Notes: generated by a model not told the origin, from the letters alone. Shown: positions 1-14,050, numbered from the whole stretch's first letter. The stretch is 60,739 bases of DNA, filler included, from Platydemus manokwari (GCA_037951405.1; 5 parts of 5 records of this genome joined end to end with filler, not necessarily neighbours in it); one strand, 5' to 3'. A program made the numbers and translations.

Positions 1-3000
1 ACAAATAACACACATCATACATGAATAGATAAATATTATTTTTAATAACATTTGTTGAGATTATGTTCATAATCATCGGTGACAGGAATTTATATTGTTT
101 CACGGTGTCAATGATGGCATGATATCAATATTTCTAAAATAATCTCAAATACGAGATCAAAGTCATTATTTTTGACCAACCAATGATTTGTATATTTTAA
201 GGAGCTACGCTATATCGGCATGAAAGAAATCAACATCGTGTTTTGATTATTCTGCATTGATCGTTTATTATTAAGGTGATTCTATATTTAAATTTTTTAA
301 CCAATTATTTATCAAATAATCACACTGTATGATTTGTAAGATTAAAAATGTCAATCAATTCGGAACATTAATGAAGATGGAACTCTAATAACGTTGTACT
401 GATGGTGATAAATGTCGATGATATCTGAGCCATTAATATTAAATAAAATTATTTAATAAAATAATTTATTGAAAAGATCAAAAAATATTTTTGTTTAAGC
501 GAAATATTTTTGATTATCTGATCCCTTCATGTCCTTAAAAATTTGGATTATCCGGTAGTCATTGTATTTCCTAATATCTGCAATTCTGCAATTAGTTATC
601 GCTGATAATAAATTCTATCTGTCAATGTAATAATAAATTTTAAATAATAAATAATCAAGCAGAGTGAAATATCTCGCACAGTAAATTAAATATTCAGTTA
701 GAATAAAATAAATAGCCATGCATTGAAACGCAGAGTTCCTCTCTGCTATAATGGAATCAATAAGATACTATTTCTCTTTGCGACAATAAATTCTAATGTA
801 TTAATGATATATATATACCGCATTAAAAAAATATCTGTGGAGAATATCAACGAATGACTCACTGTTGATTGTATAATGCAGTGATTTCAATCATTAGAAG
901 CACAATTGTTACATTAGCAAAATCAGAACGCAATATCTTGAAAAACACTTCCAAATATCGAGGAAAGGAGTTATTAGTCGACGGTCGGCGGCTTCTCTGA
1001 ATTTTATAAAATTCCACCGTTTAATAAAATGCTAGTGAAACTAAAATCATTTCAGTGGATGGAATTATTGAATTGTAATCCTCAATTTGAATCAATATTT
1101 TGATGTTAAATCGAGTTTTGTCATTCACTCATTAGTAAGCCTTTAGGGGAATAAAATCATTCATGTGAATTATTAAATCAATTAATACTGATAAAAAAAT
1201 TGGCACCCTTGACACAGTTAATGAAGCATTAATAGGATTTAAGTTAGTACAAATCATAATCTATGCCGTTCTACTAATCTAAGTGTAAGTTGAAAACATC
1301 GAGGCGAAGAACGAACATTGCTTTATTAGTCAAAACGTAGATAGTGATAAATAAAATATTCAATAATGAAAAAATCATTAAACCAAAGGCCCTGTGAAAA
1401 AATAAGTAAAATGTTTTAATTTATAATAAAATTGAGTTATATATCTCACTCATATCTTTATAATCATAATTATATTATCAATGGAGAATTGAAATTGATT
1501 GAAAGGAGGAACACATCACCTCAACATATAATTTCTCCTTGATTCCTTGACTAGCCTAATTAAATGGCTATTTAAAGAGTTAACTTCGTTCCATTTATAC
1601 TAAATCACATCTTAAATCCCCTCGATGTGCTTACAACTTAAAATGTATTTTGTTTTCTTTCAAGTTCAGCTTCCAGTTTCTCGACGTTTTAACTTTGAAA
1701 TAATTTTTTGAAATCTTAAGTTATTTATTACTATTATTTATTATTCTTATTGATTATTACTTTCATAATTAGTTGTGTTGATTTTTGTTTTAATAGTATA
1801 AATTAAATTGTTAAAAACAGACTTAATTTGAGTAGATATTAATGGAATTGTTGGAGTTGCTTTTATTTTATAGATTCGGTGTAATCTTGATAAAATAACA
1901 TTTTAATGATGTGATAATTACTTGAATATTATAACCCTGTAAATTATTTGAACTCCATCGTTTTTATTAATAAGTAGTTAGTACACCTGACTCCAAAAGG
2001 TTCATGTAATTATGAAGTAATATAAGATTATTCTATAGATTAAAAATAAAATAAATATCGATTATAATAATCGATAACTGTTTAATCACAATGCAATAAA
2101 ATTTAATTATAAAATAAGCAAAAACAAATAATAATATACTTCAAATAGATTATTATTATTAAAACAAATAATCAGAGATTATGGCAATTTGCTTATTTGT
2201 TTTAGCTTTATTGTTTATTTCTATCTCTTTAGAACTTTAAGATTTTTAAGAGACTCTTATGACAACGCCTGTAGGAGTCTTTTTATTATGTTATGATATA
2301 ATGATTCAGTCGATTATATATTAATAACAACACAATATTTTCTGTTTAAAAATTCGTTATTTGTTCCATTTTTGTCAAATTTTTTATAGTTCGTTGCGAT
2401 AGTGGCGTTAATTAATTATTCCTCTCAATTGCTCGAATTGTATACTTATTAGAATCCAGATGAGATAATTTCAAAGTACGCACAATGAATTTCTAATTAG
2501 CTACGGTATCCCCTATTACGAGATTTCCTGAATTAATCAAAAACTATGATTTTCTGGTCGTAATATAATTAATTAGAATTAATAGAATATGGGGTGTTTT
2601 TATTCTTATCTATTTCTGTTATTTTTATTATTCCTATTTACTATATTTTATTTTTTGTTCAATTCTTGGGATTTATTAATTCTGTCTTATCCTACTTTCA
2701 TAATTTCTGTATTTAGTAAACGGTTTGTTTCAATACTATTTTTGTATTTCTTTTGTCGTATTTTTGTATTATATTTTATTTTGATAAGGGATGACTCATA
2801 TCTTAATAATTGCTTGTAAAAGATTATATATTATTTATTATCATTATTACAGTCATCCAAGAAAACCTATAAGTCATGAGCTTCTTTCGTACTGCCTGAT
2901 TTTTCTGGAATGTTGATATAATTTAAATTATTTTTCGTTAAAGTTATCGTTAGTCCAAAAGAATTGGAAGTTGCAATTGTTGAGTGAGACGAAATTCTAC

Positions 3001-4179
3001 TGAAGAAACTGCACTTGGGAACCTTTATTTTGACACTTCAAATTTTACAATTTTTCATATAAGTCTTCGCTGATTAGTTAGTTGCTATGTCTGTATGTTT
3101 GTAGATTGTCTGTGTGTTTGTAGATTGATGTAAATGTTTAAAGTGCTAAAATATAGGTTTCAATGTGTCAAGTGGTTATTCTTTTAAGAATTTTTCATCT
3201 TTACCTAACTAATATTTGACCTGTCACTGCTTTTGAATAATTGAAAGTATATAATCACATTCCGCCCTATTATAGATTATCCCGATAGGGGTTATATAAA
3301 CTAAAGAATGAATTTTAAAATTTTTAATTACAATTTTTAAAATATTGTTGGGGACAATAACCACTTCTTGCTAAGCATAAATGCGATTGATTTATATTTA
3401 GATTTGAATATGGTTTTATTATTTTATATTTAACCGACTCTTTGTTTCTGGAAATATTATTTTAATAATCACATCTTTTCTGTGAGCAAACATAAAAATG
3501 CAATTAAAAACATCCATTTTCAGAATATGAAACTAAATATTCCTTTTCTTTAAGTTTATTCAATTGGTTATTTGATAAACTTCAGATAATCAATAAATAA
3601 CCAAGTAAATTTCAAAATAATTTATCAAGCTCATAAAACATTTTTAAGATAGCGCAATTAAAATATTGAGTTATATCCAGGAAATCTTTAGGAATATGGC
3701 CAAATACAGGTGTGACTCTCAAAATTTGATTAGATAATGTACAACCCAAAATATTGATTAATTATAAATTAGTAATTTGAAAGTTTTCATTCCAAAGATT
3801 GTAAATTAGGATTTGTAAATTGAATCAATGGCACTTCACAGAAGGATTAGTTTACTATTGATCGCTAAAAACATACTCTCAAAAGGAGATAATTTCAAAT
3901 ATTTATCACTCATCATTTTACCACGTAGATCAGTTGTCAAAGAAGTTTTGGTTTCGCTGCTATCACATATTGATTACCATATATTGATTTACACATAATT
4001 TAATTATTTAGAAATTTATGATGAAAACTTGATTGAAAATAATATTACAGCGAGGCAACTGCAACGATGAAAAATATAGAAATATTTACACTGTTGCTGT
4101 TATTTTTATAATTTATTGATTTTATTATTTTATAATATTATTGATGACATGATAATATATTTATCTAAGAAATAAAAGT

Positions 4180-4471
4180 ATTAGAGTGGCTACAAGGCTT
4201 CGTCCGTTTTCAGAAGTTTCTACATACAGCGTTCCCATAAATGTTTTTGGTATTTTTAATCGGAATTAATATCAACCCTATTGATTTGTTGAAATAATCT
4301 AGTTCCAAAAACTTTTGTCTCTTGTGACATTATTGATTCGTTATCAATGCGTGTTTTATTAAATAACGGTGGCTTACAAAAACAAAAGCAATAAACAATT
4401 AAATATAAGCATATTAATTTATCTAAATATTTTTCAACATTACTCTTTAAATTGTTTAGTTCCATTGTCAA
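4180..4471 (-). mobile_element. Possible decayed non-LTR retrotransposon RT C-terminal fragment
   Basis: Minus-strand fragments 'VEKYL' and 'LYVETSENGRSL' resemble the KYLG and RLYLPRxEGGRGL motifs of R4/RTE-type RTs; heavily degraded. Confidence 0.3.
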
Positions 4472-7339
4472 TATCAGTGAAGTTTACTAGTATTCGATAA
4501 CAAATGCAATTTAAGGAACGTCAGAAATATTTCATTGTGTAATTTTGCTTCTATTTTATTTTTAATTTCAAGAAAATCATCATCTTAAGCGAAGGATACA
4601 CCAAAACCATTCAAAAACCTCTAATATCGATTAGCAATGAAAACAAATTTATTTTCAAATGTTTATTTTTTATGAGTGCGCCCGAGACGAAAAATAATAT
4701 GTAAATCAAAGATAAGTAGTGATGTTTGTCTCTTTAACAACTTATAACGAAAATTAAGGGAGTTCCACTCAGTGTAAATTGAGATATACAGATCGATAAA
4801 CTTCTTTCTTCATTTTATTTATTGATTTGCAGTTATTAGACACACTAGTTTGTCAACAAAACCATCTAAAAAATTAAATGAAAGCAAAATTAATTAAAAT
4901 TATTTCAATTAATAATTCGGTTTTTAAACATTTGGTCTTTAAAAGTATACTACTGATAAATATCTAGTAGGTAATGTGGCGCTTTTGCTAATCATAAATG
5001 ATTGTATATGATTGATAATTACAGGAGTCGCTTAACTAAATTTATTGATTTGAATCTGTTGTAAATACAATTTTAATTCAATAAAAAATTTTATAAAAAA
5101 TTTATCTTGTTCGTAAAGGTAAAAAATACAAGGGTTAATAATACAAGAATCAATATATTTACTTTTCGAGAACTCACATTATCGAAGTCCGATAACAACT
5201 TTCTATGATATCAAATCTAAAATAAATACGAATGAAGTAGTATATATCTAAATATGTTGTACTAGGTCACATAAAATTTCATTCGAATCCTCAATCTTGC
5301 AGCTCAAAAATTGTTGTCGTCCCAATTTCTTAATAAATTTACATTGCCCATCATGATCTAAATAATAATGATTATGATTTTAATGTTATACTTTAGAATT
5401 CCGGTAATGTAGGCGCATCAATCCATATATTAGTTTTTTATATAATTAAAACCTAAACATTAATTGATTTACAAAAGCGATAAATACCAGATTTTAATAA
5501 AAAAAACTAATGATTATTTGATTGTCGATAAATATGATCAATAAATGATCAATAAAATTAAATTTCAATCTAAACCCCAAATACCTTTTCTGGTACAAAA
5601 TATTCATCAGCAATCTTAAATAAATAATTAATCCAGGTCACGTAACACAATTTAACTTCATAACTAAATAAAATCACTACTCATCATAAGAAACAGCTAT
5701 TAAAATATTGATCTCAATTCTTGAAATTTTAAAATAAAACTAAAAAAATAAAATCATAATCAAAAAGTAAAAATTCATAGTGTTTAAAAGTAACAAAAAA
5801 AATGACATAAAAATCACATTCTAGTAACCCCACAACATTATAAAATTCAGGAATTCTCATAATTTTATATATTTTAACTTATCTAAATTTATTTTTATAC
5901 TATTGATTTGAATTGAATCAACTGTATGTCTGGAGCTAGGTTTACGGCTTTAATCGATAATTAAACTTTTATTTATTCTTAATGTCTGCATCTTCATGAA
6001 CTAAATGTGACACACAACGTTTTGAATATGAAGCTTCATTATATATTTGAAAAACAACAAATTCAAATCATTAATCAAAACTGAATTACATAAAATCAAT
6101 AATTGACATTTCATCTCAATATTTATTTTTATATCAAATCGATATTATGTCAGACAAGATAACAATCACATCGGAATAAATCGAAATCTGTCATAAATCA
6201 ATGAGTAATGAAGATTCATATCCGTATCTAAGTAGGACTTCATGGATAAGTACTGATCCCGATTACTTACCAGTTACGAGAAATGATATTGTTCTGCAAT
6301 GAATTAGGTCTTAGTTTTCAAGAATATTTTGCGTATTTCGAGAAATAATTGTGCGAAAAATATAGACTATGAGGACTTATAACAAGGCTCTTATCTATTT
6401 AAAATAGACCTAGCAACAGATTTGTCTTGAAAATATATATCAGAAAGAGAAGAAAAACAGTAACACAGCTTATTTTGCATGTATGTAAGAATCACAAAAA
6501 GACAGAACCAGACACCTAGCTTACATTAATTTAAATTCTGATATTGTGCAAAATATTCTGGTTGTACAGCAAGAAGTTTAAGATAATAGTTTAGAATTTA
6601 CAAATCTTAACGAAAATCTGTTCCATGTTGGAAGTTAAAAAATGTTCTCTCACATAGAAGATAATTTCAATTGTATATTTAGCATTTAAAAGGGTATTAA
6701 ACTAATAAGTTTTCCACAATAAAAAGAAGAATCAACAATTCGCAAATGAAATAAGTTTATTGTCTGCGAGACTGGTTTTTTCCAAACATAAATGCAATAT
6801 ATAAATCAGCAACGATATAATAATTATCTGTCCAATAAAAATAATCAGATAAATATCAATTGCAGATAAATCAATTGCAGAAGCTGAGTAACGAATTTCA
6901 CTAATAAAGGCTTGCAAATTTAAAATTTCAAATCTTCACAACCTCTTTCTTGAAAATCTTTGATTTTCTATTTATCGATAATTATCTCTGCATCGAATAA
7001 ATCTAAACAGAAATTTCTTTTTTTCTTTCTTCACATTTGTTATACATCGTCCACCTTCTCTACTATAAATTCATGACATACATCTTCTCAGAATCGAATA
7101 CAAATACTTGCTCGTCATGTATGTGGCCAATCGATAAAGCACGTATTGAACAGGAATTGCAAACCCAGGACCCAGAATTATATTTTATTGATAATTATTT
7201 AAAAAAATTGACATCTTTTGATGACAATTTATAAAATTTTTTTAATTTAAACTTTCAAATTTTCACATTGAGCATTGACCTCTATGTATTTTCCATTTGT
7301 TTACGTTATCATAAACGCCAATATTATTTTCGCCATTGT

Positions 7340-8863
7340 CTTTACTGCACTTATTTCCTTGATCCTGTAATTTTGAAGAGAGGTGACTGTCAATATGAAG
7401 AAATTAACTCTGACGAAGCCGATAAATGCCATCAAAGCGATCCAAGAAAGACCTTTCAGAAGGAGACCACATTCAAAAACTCAATTCCAATCGTGCAGGA
7501 AAAAGAATTTGGTGTGAAGAAATATCATCGTGCTGCACTTAATCACGTGGAGTTTTCAAACACTACGAGACCAACAAAATAAATGAAGGCTATTGCTTCT
7601 GAAATCCTACATTGCATGGTAATTATTTAAAACCAGCAGATTGTTTTTGCTATGATGAGCTTAGACATCAGAAGTTTGAATGTCCATTGCAGGACATCCA
7701 TTCAGAAAATGCCATTTAGCCAGAAAGTGTAGTTACAATAGTTCGAAGAAAATACTATGCATCAATGACGAAGAAGACGAAGCCGATATTCAAACCTCAA
7801 ATGAAGTAAGTGATTGTGTTAGCTCACTTTCCATGAAAGAAAATAAACTGGAATCAACCTCCCGGGGAACCTATTGAGCAAATCTCCAGAAGACAGGTAA
7901 CAAATTTAGTAACCAAAATTTAAGAATTGATAGAAAATCTTCTCGAAACCAATGTAATAACGCCTTGCAAAAGCTTTTGGAACTCACTTTGGTCGTGGTT
8001 CTAAAGAAAGATGGATCGATTAGGATGTGTTAAGATTTCGGAAAATTAAACGACAATCAGAAGTTTTCTTTTCTGGTACCTGATATCCAGACGTTATTGG
8101 ACTCAGTGTATATAGTGACAGTTTTCTCTACGATAGATTTAAGTCAAACATATTATCACGTCGAAAATGAGGAAGATTCTAAGTTGAAACGACATTAAAC
8201 ACTAGAACTGGGCAGTTCTGTTTTAACATACTACCTTTTGTATTGTGTACTGCACCGCTACATTTCAGAGTCTAATAAATTAGATATTCAAAGGTTTGGT
8301 TTGCAAGGATGTTTTTGTTTATATAAACGATATTTAAGTGTATGGAAGAACAGTAGGGGAATACAACGAAAAACTCGAAAAAAGTGCAGAAGGTATAGAA
8401 AAAAATAATGACAAATTCAAGCAATTAAGCGCGGATAGCATGACTCAGTTGAGGTCGTTCTTAGGATTATGCAATTATTACAGACGGTTTATCGAAAACT
8501 GCGCATAATTACGACTTCGTTATATGGAATGATGATTGGAAGCGAAGAAAATTGAATGGACTATAGAGTATGAAAAAATTTTGGAAATCTAAAGGAAAAA
8601 TTGTGCAAATCGTCAATTTAAGCCTTCCTGGATACAACAAAGATATTATTTAAAATACTGACTTAATTTTCAAAGCAATTGGCGGGGTTTGAAGCCATTT
8701 AGATCACAGTGGAAAAGAGAGAGTAGGAACCTATGGTTCTAGAACTCATAACAGTCATGAAAAAGGTTATCGTGTCACGAGGAAAGAGCTTTTGGCAATT
8801 CACGAGTACACTATGGATTTTAGGAATTTTCTTTTTGGAAAGAAATTTGTGAGCCGCACTGAT
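7340..8863 (+). mobile_element. Decayed Ty3/Gypsy LTR retrotransposon (gag/pro remnant, RT, RNase H)
   Basis: Frameshifted motifs in the expected order: LVVVLKKDGSIRMC*DFGKLN (~7990-8050), FSTIDLSQTYYHV (~8120-8160), FNILPFVLCTAP, VYINDI (decayed YxDD, ~8320), RSFLGLCNYYRRFI (~8450-8490), TRKELLAI and FRNFLFGKKFV.RTD (~8777-8863). Left boundary approximate. Confidence 0.88.
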
Positions 8864-8869
8864 TTTGAT

Positions 8870-10040
8870 GATTTTATTACAATTTTATATTTTTTAAATC
8901 AATTTGTTTGATGTATATTAAAATAGAATTGATGACATTTATATTTATATTTAATAATAATATAATTTAATAATAATAGTATATTCAATGATAATCTATT
9001 CGCAACTTCTTAAAATAAACTCATCACCATTGGGTATTGAGGCATCTTTATTTTTAGATTATCATTTAATATAGAAATATTGATATCGTTCCAAATGTTG
9101 CCATAGCGAGATGATATAAATTCATACCTCCAGATGATCTCGATAATATTGTTGAAGAATTGTAATGAAAATGAATCTATTATATTCTTGTCTGATATGT
9201 GCATTTTGTGATCAGTGTTGTCTACGGAGTCGAGATTGGCCGTGGATCATTGGATATATTGAAACATTATTGGATTTTGAAGATATGATGATGCCATCGA
9301 ATATCAGAATGTTAGATGCTGAACAGAATATTACACTTCAGCCCAAATCATTTGCAGACTCTCGCAACAGATGTCTGGGAGAAACTTATTTACAAATCAA
9401 TCCATGCATGTTTCCTCCAGCATTGATCTTCACAAAGAAATGCTTCGATTATAATAATTGTAAAAATCAATACACACAGTTCAATTACACATATACGATC
9501 ATAGAAGATTCTCAGAAGAAATATTTGACTCGAAAACGTGGTTCCAAAAGATTGCTCAAAAAATGTGTCCGAAAATAACCTATTTAATCAAATCTCGATT
9601 TTCCGTTATTTCTTGAGAAACATATGATTTATTTTATTGATTATTTTTATCGACAATAAAACAATCGTTAATTTATCATTTATTATGAATATCTGGTGTG
9701 TTGAAATCAATGTTTATTTATATATAAATATCATATTTTATAATTATTTAACTTTATTTAATAAATTTGTTTTGATCTATTAAAAATCATTCATAATGCT
9801 GACAAAATAAATGGCAAAATATTTCAATAGGTTACAACAATTCTTATATATAAAATGATTGTTGAATGAATTTAATCAATACGTATTGGCTAAATAGACA
9901 AACCAATCAGCGTTTCCTATTCTCTACCAATCATAGCAACTTCTTGCAATTGTTTACAACTTATCAAAATAATCTGAATTCTATTGGTTGTTATAAATTC
10001 GATTTTTTCTATGTTTAGAAACATTGACATTATTCTCTGA
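8870..10040 (+). repeat. Arm A of an inverted segmental duplication (partner ~12810-14050)
   Basis: Reverse-complement similarity covers the 5' flank, the CDS and the 3' flank (e.g. CTATTGGTTGTTA at ~9981 vs TAACAACCAATAG at ~12869); boundaries approximate. Confidence 0.8.
9165..9578 (+). CDS. 137-aa Cys-rich, possibly secreted orphan protein, paralog A
   Basis: Intact ATG..TAA ORF. Its paralog at 13319-13732 has the same length and all Cys conserved. All 5 differences in the first 41 codons are synonymous, with many more silent changes downstream. Confidence 0.85.
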   Translation: MKMNLLYSCLICAFCDQCCLRSRDWPWIIGYIETLLDFEDMMMPSNIRMLDAEQNITLQPKSFADSRNRCLGETYLQINPCMFPPALIFTKKCFDYNNCKNQYTQFNYTYTIIEDSQKKYLTRKRGSKRLLKKCVRK

Positions 10041-10829
10041 TATAAAGTAATATAAAGGAATTATGACATCTTATGCCAAGTGGCTGATCACAAACCAACC
10101 CAGTTTATTATTAAAATGCTTATTGCTATTAACCAATACACCAATTGTTACGGAACAACAATGAAATAAAAATGCTATAAATCACTGCTATCATACGTAT
10201 GTGATTTTAAATATACTTTTATACCCTTAGACAAAATTTCCTCAATGCGCAGTTCATGATAGCAGATCTTGAATTATCTAGTCCTTCGTGCTATTAGTTA
10301 TGTGCCTCTCTCAAGAGTTTTTACCCACCTTGGCTCGATAATTAGGAAGAATATACGATATAAATATAATTTAACACGAATATATCTTACGTGATCCTCT
10401 GGGTTTTCATCAGCAATAAGAATAATTCTTTTTTATACTTATATAGGGCATATATTTAATGGCAACTTCGGAGAAATTGGCTTTGACTTTGGCTGCAAAA
10501 ATTGGTTTTCAACAATCACGCCCAACGCAATTTACCAGTGGTTTCAGGTCAAAGAAAAATGATGTTTTACTGCCCTATATATGGCTACTGGGTCATGGGG
10601 GAAATAATGCATTCGAATAAAATATGCGGACTTAAATTCCCCTTTATTTTGATGACTTTTCTCAAATTCGATATTTTTCCGAAGATAATTAAACTTTTTT
10701 TATTTATTTTAATTGGTTGTGTTATTAAATTAACCTCTAAATTATCATAAATTGGTGTGTAACTATTTTATTTAATGGTAACAAGACTTTATTATCAAAA
10801 TCTAAAATGGATTTACCTTGATCATCATG

Positions 10830-10884
<55 letters not shown>
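10830..10884. repeat. (ATT)n microsatellite
   Basis: About 18 tandem ATT units. Confidence 0.95.
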
Positions 10885-10885
<1 letters not shown>

Positions 10886-12809
10886 CATCATTAATTTATT
10901 TATAAAATAAAATCCTAATTGAAAATAATAATAAATCTAGGTGCCTGTAACGTTGGAAAATGTAGAAATCTTTAAAGTTATTCACGAAGTACTTGTTTTA
11001 TCTGGATATAAATCATCATTACCCACTGATTTGTGATTGATTTATAAAATATTTAGACTTTGATTGTCATTTCATTTGATATTTATGAAGATGTTTATAT
11101 CTTGTTAATGAATAAATATTGATATTATAGAATTATTGATTTTTTGATATATATATATATCTGATTTGATTACATGTTATTGATGATTTAATTTTATTGT
11201 TTTTCATAATTTATTGATTTATTGATTTTATAATATTTTGATTTATTGATAAACTAATAATCATTGATATTTCAGTCAATAAATTATTGAAATATTTTAT
11301 TTCACTCTCATTTTGGAGATATGCTTCATCACATATGCAAAGAATTCTGTTTGGGTTATCAATATAATACCATATAAAATACCATTCTTTAAATGACTGA
11401 CCTTCTTGACCACATATCATACATACATACAGAACCATCTCTTGGCCTCTAAAATTCAACTTGTTGTGTCAGTGTCTCCAAAATATTTATTAAACTTAAT
11501 GCCTATTTTTACAGATTGTTATTGTCTGTCTAAATTCTAATATATTCATTAAGTTCGAGGTATTTATTGGTGCCGATCCATATTTTCTTTTACACACCTT
11601 GTAGTTTTTTGGACATTTCCTGCTTATCTTTGCTGCGTTATGTGTATTTATAGATACTATTCATAGAATATTCAAGCTAATATCGAAGATAATATCTAAC
11701 TGATATCATTAACGGTTAAGTCAGATTTTTGTAATTCTGGATGAAAAGGCTTAAAGTGCCATTTAATCGAATCTATGGACTTCCTTCGTCTCGTAACACA
11801 ACATTGGTTTGATGACTTTGCGATTGACGTTTAAAATTATTAATTATAATCGGCATCACTGTTGTCATCAATTAATGCAATTTCATTGAAACTAGGGTAA
11901 AAAACTTTAATAATAAAGGAAAAATCTTTCGCTACAATCATGGAAATGGAATGGATCATTACCAAAGATATTTGGCCCTTTACTATTAATATAAATTGAT
12001 ACTGATCAAGAAAATGATATAAAAACTATTAAAATAACTTAAGCTAAACTTCAGATTGTGTTATTAAGTTGGGGTCAAAGATTGAATTCATCGGGGTTTA
12101 TATAGTGTTCCTGAGCTATGATAACTGGTGTCGCAATAATCCTTTAGCTTATTCTAATTTGGATTGCTTTACTAACATAATAATACGGTGATTTTAATTC
12201 TGCCACTTTTCAATAGGCGTGCTTACTGATATTATTTGATACTTTTTGGCAGAATCCAATGTTGCAGTTTTGATTAAATACAAAAAATAAGAAATAAAAC
12301 TGATCGAATTGGAGCCACATCAGAAGGACACACAAATCTAATAAATGAACTCATATGGCTGTGAATAAAGTTAATAATTCGAGTAAAGATAAATTTTCTT
12401 ACTATCATATCGAGCTGAATCAAACTTCCAAAAAATGATTTTCACCAACTTATATTGAGATTAGATATTGATTTGTAATTAAAAAAAATGGAGCAGCTGA
12501 GAAAGAAGTTTTGTTGTTTGAATCCTATTGTGAGTTATTATTAAATCTCATCACTTATTTAACTGATAGATCACGAGAACATATTGTAAATCCTTTTCAT
12601 TATAAATTCTGAGCACTAATCAAGGATCATTTCATATTCCCTACATCATATTGGCAATATCCTACTATTTAAAAATCCTCGGATTGTTTCCTGTACAACC
12701 TAGATTTTTTTAAATCCACCTCTGGAGTCACTTATTATTTTACAATAATAATTGAAGAAGAAATGTTAAAGATAAATGCCGGACGAATGAATTTCTGTTC
12801 ATAAAACCA

Positions 12810-14050
12810 TGAACAGTGAGATTGAAATATTATCGGTGTTTCTAAAATAGAATTTCATTCGGAAAATGTAACAACCAATAGAATTCAGTTTATTAATGGA
12901 ATTAGTGAAACGATTGATAGACTGTGCTATTATTGATATCAAAGTGAAAATGCTTTTGAATATTTTTTGAAAATTTTGTTGAAATTCATTCTAAAATCAT
13001 TTCCTATGTCAGAATTGTTTTAATCTATCAAAATTATTTTCCAATTTATTTTATAAGCACCGTGTATGATATTTAATATATTAAAACAAATTTATCAAAT
13101 ATTCATCATTAAATAAAGTTTAATAATAATAAAAAATGCCATTTATTATTATTTAATGAATTCATATTTTATTTATTGAAACTATTTTCACTTTTAAATA
13201 ATTTAAAATCAATTAATTAAGTAATTAATTATTGTTTCATTATCCATAAAAATAATCAATAAAATAAATCATGTTTCTCCCCGATAAATAACAGAAAATC
13301 GATATTTAAATAAATAATTTATTTTCGAACACACTTTTTGAGCAATCGCTTGGAAACGTGTTTTCGAGACAAATATTTTTTATTCGAATTTGTGACAATT
13401 GTTAATGTGTAATTAAATTGTGTGTAATGATTTTTACAATTGTTGTAATCGAAGCATTTCTTTGTGAAGATCACTGCTGGAGGAAACATACATGGATTGA
13501 CTTGTAAATAGGTTTCTCCCAGACATTGATTGTGCTTGTCTAGATGTGGTTTCGGCTGAAGTATAATATTCTGTACAGTATCTAGCTTTCTGATCTTCGA
13601 TTTCATTGACATATCTTCAAAATCCAATAATGTTTCAATATATCCAATGATCCACGGCCAATCACGACTCCGAAGACAACACTGATCACAGAATGCACAT
13701 ATCAGACAGGAATATAAAAGATTCATTTTCATTCTAATTCTTCAACAATATTATCGAGATCATCTGGAGGTATGAATTTATATCATCTCGCTATGGCAAC
13801 ATTTGGAATGATATCAATATTTCTATAATAAATGATAATCTAAAAATAAAGATGCCTCAATATCCAATGGTGATGAGTTTATTTTAAGAAATTGCGCAAA
13901 GTGATCATAATTCATGATTATTAAATATACTATTATAATTATGAAATTATATTATTAGTTTTATTAGTTCATGTAAATATGAATGCCTATACCAACTTTT
14001 TTTTATTATAAATCAAACATTGATTAAAAAAATCTAAAATTCTCAAAATA
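12810..14050 (-). repeat. Arm B of the inverted segmental duplication (partner ~8870-10040)
   Basis: Reverse-complement match to arm A, including a ~96% identical leader. Confidence 0.8.
13319..13732 (-). CDS. 137-aa Cys-rich, possibly secreted orphan protein, paralog B
   Basis: Intact ORF; the first 41 aa are identical to paralog A despite silent nucleotide changes. Confidence 0.85.
   Translation of the reverse strand: MKMNLLYSCLICAFCDQCCLRSRDWPWIIGYIETLLDFEDMSMKSKIRKLDTVQNIILQPKPHLDKHNQCLGETYLQVNPCMFPPAVIFTKKCFDYNNCKNHYTQFNYTLTIVTNSNKKYLSRKHVSKRLLKKCVRK

Noticed and set aside
2589-2819. Hydrophobic F/L/I/Y-rich short ORFs (also 44391-44843, 43848-44054, 48628-48861 and others)
   Set aside because: Composition simply reflects T-rich low-complexity DNA
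8988-9164. Stop-codon reassignment or readthrough extending the 137-aa ORFs from the upstream in-frame ATG
   Set aside because: It would need TAG, TGA and TAA all recoded at six sites; differences between the copies here are non-synonymous in that frame; the innexins and CIR1 use the standard code
9010-9204. Antisense 64-aa ORF overlapping paralog A
   Set aside because: The equivalent frame in paralog B has an early TAA (~13735)
11211-11459. 82-aa ORF with CMIC/CIC
   Set aside because: TTG start, no recognisable domain and a low-complexity tail; cannot be supported as a gene
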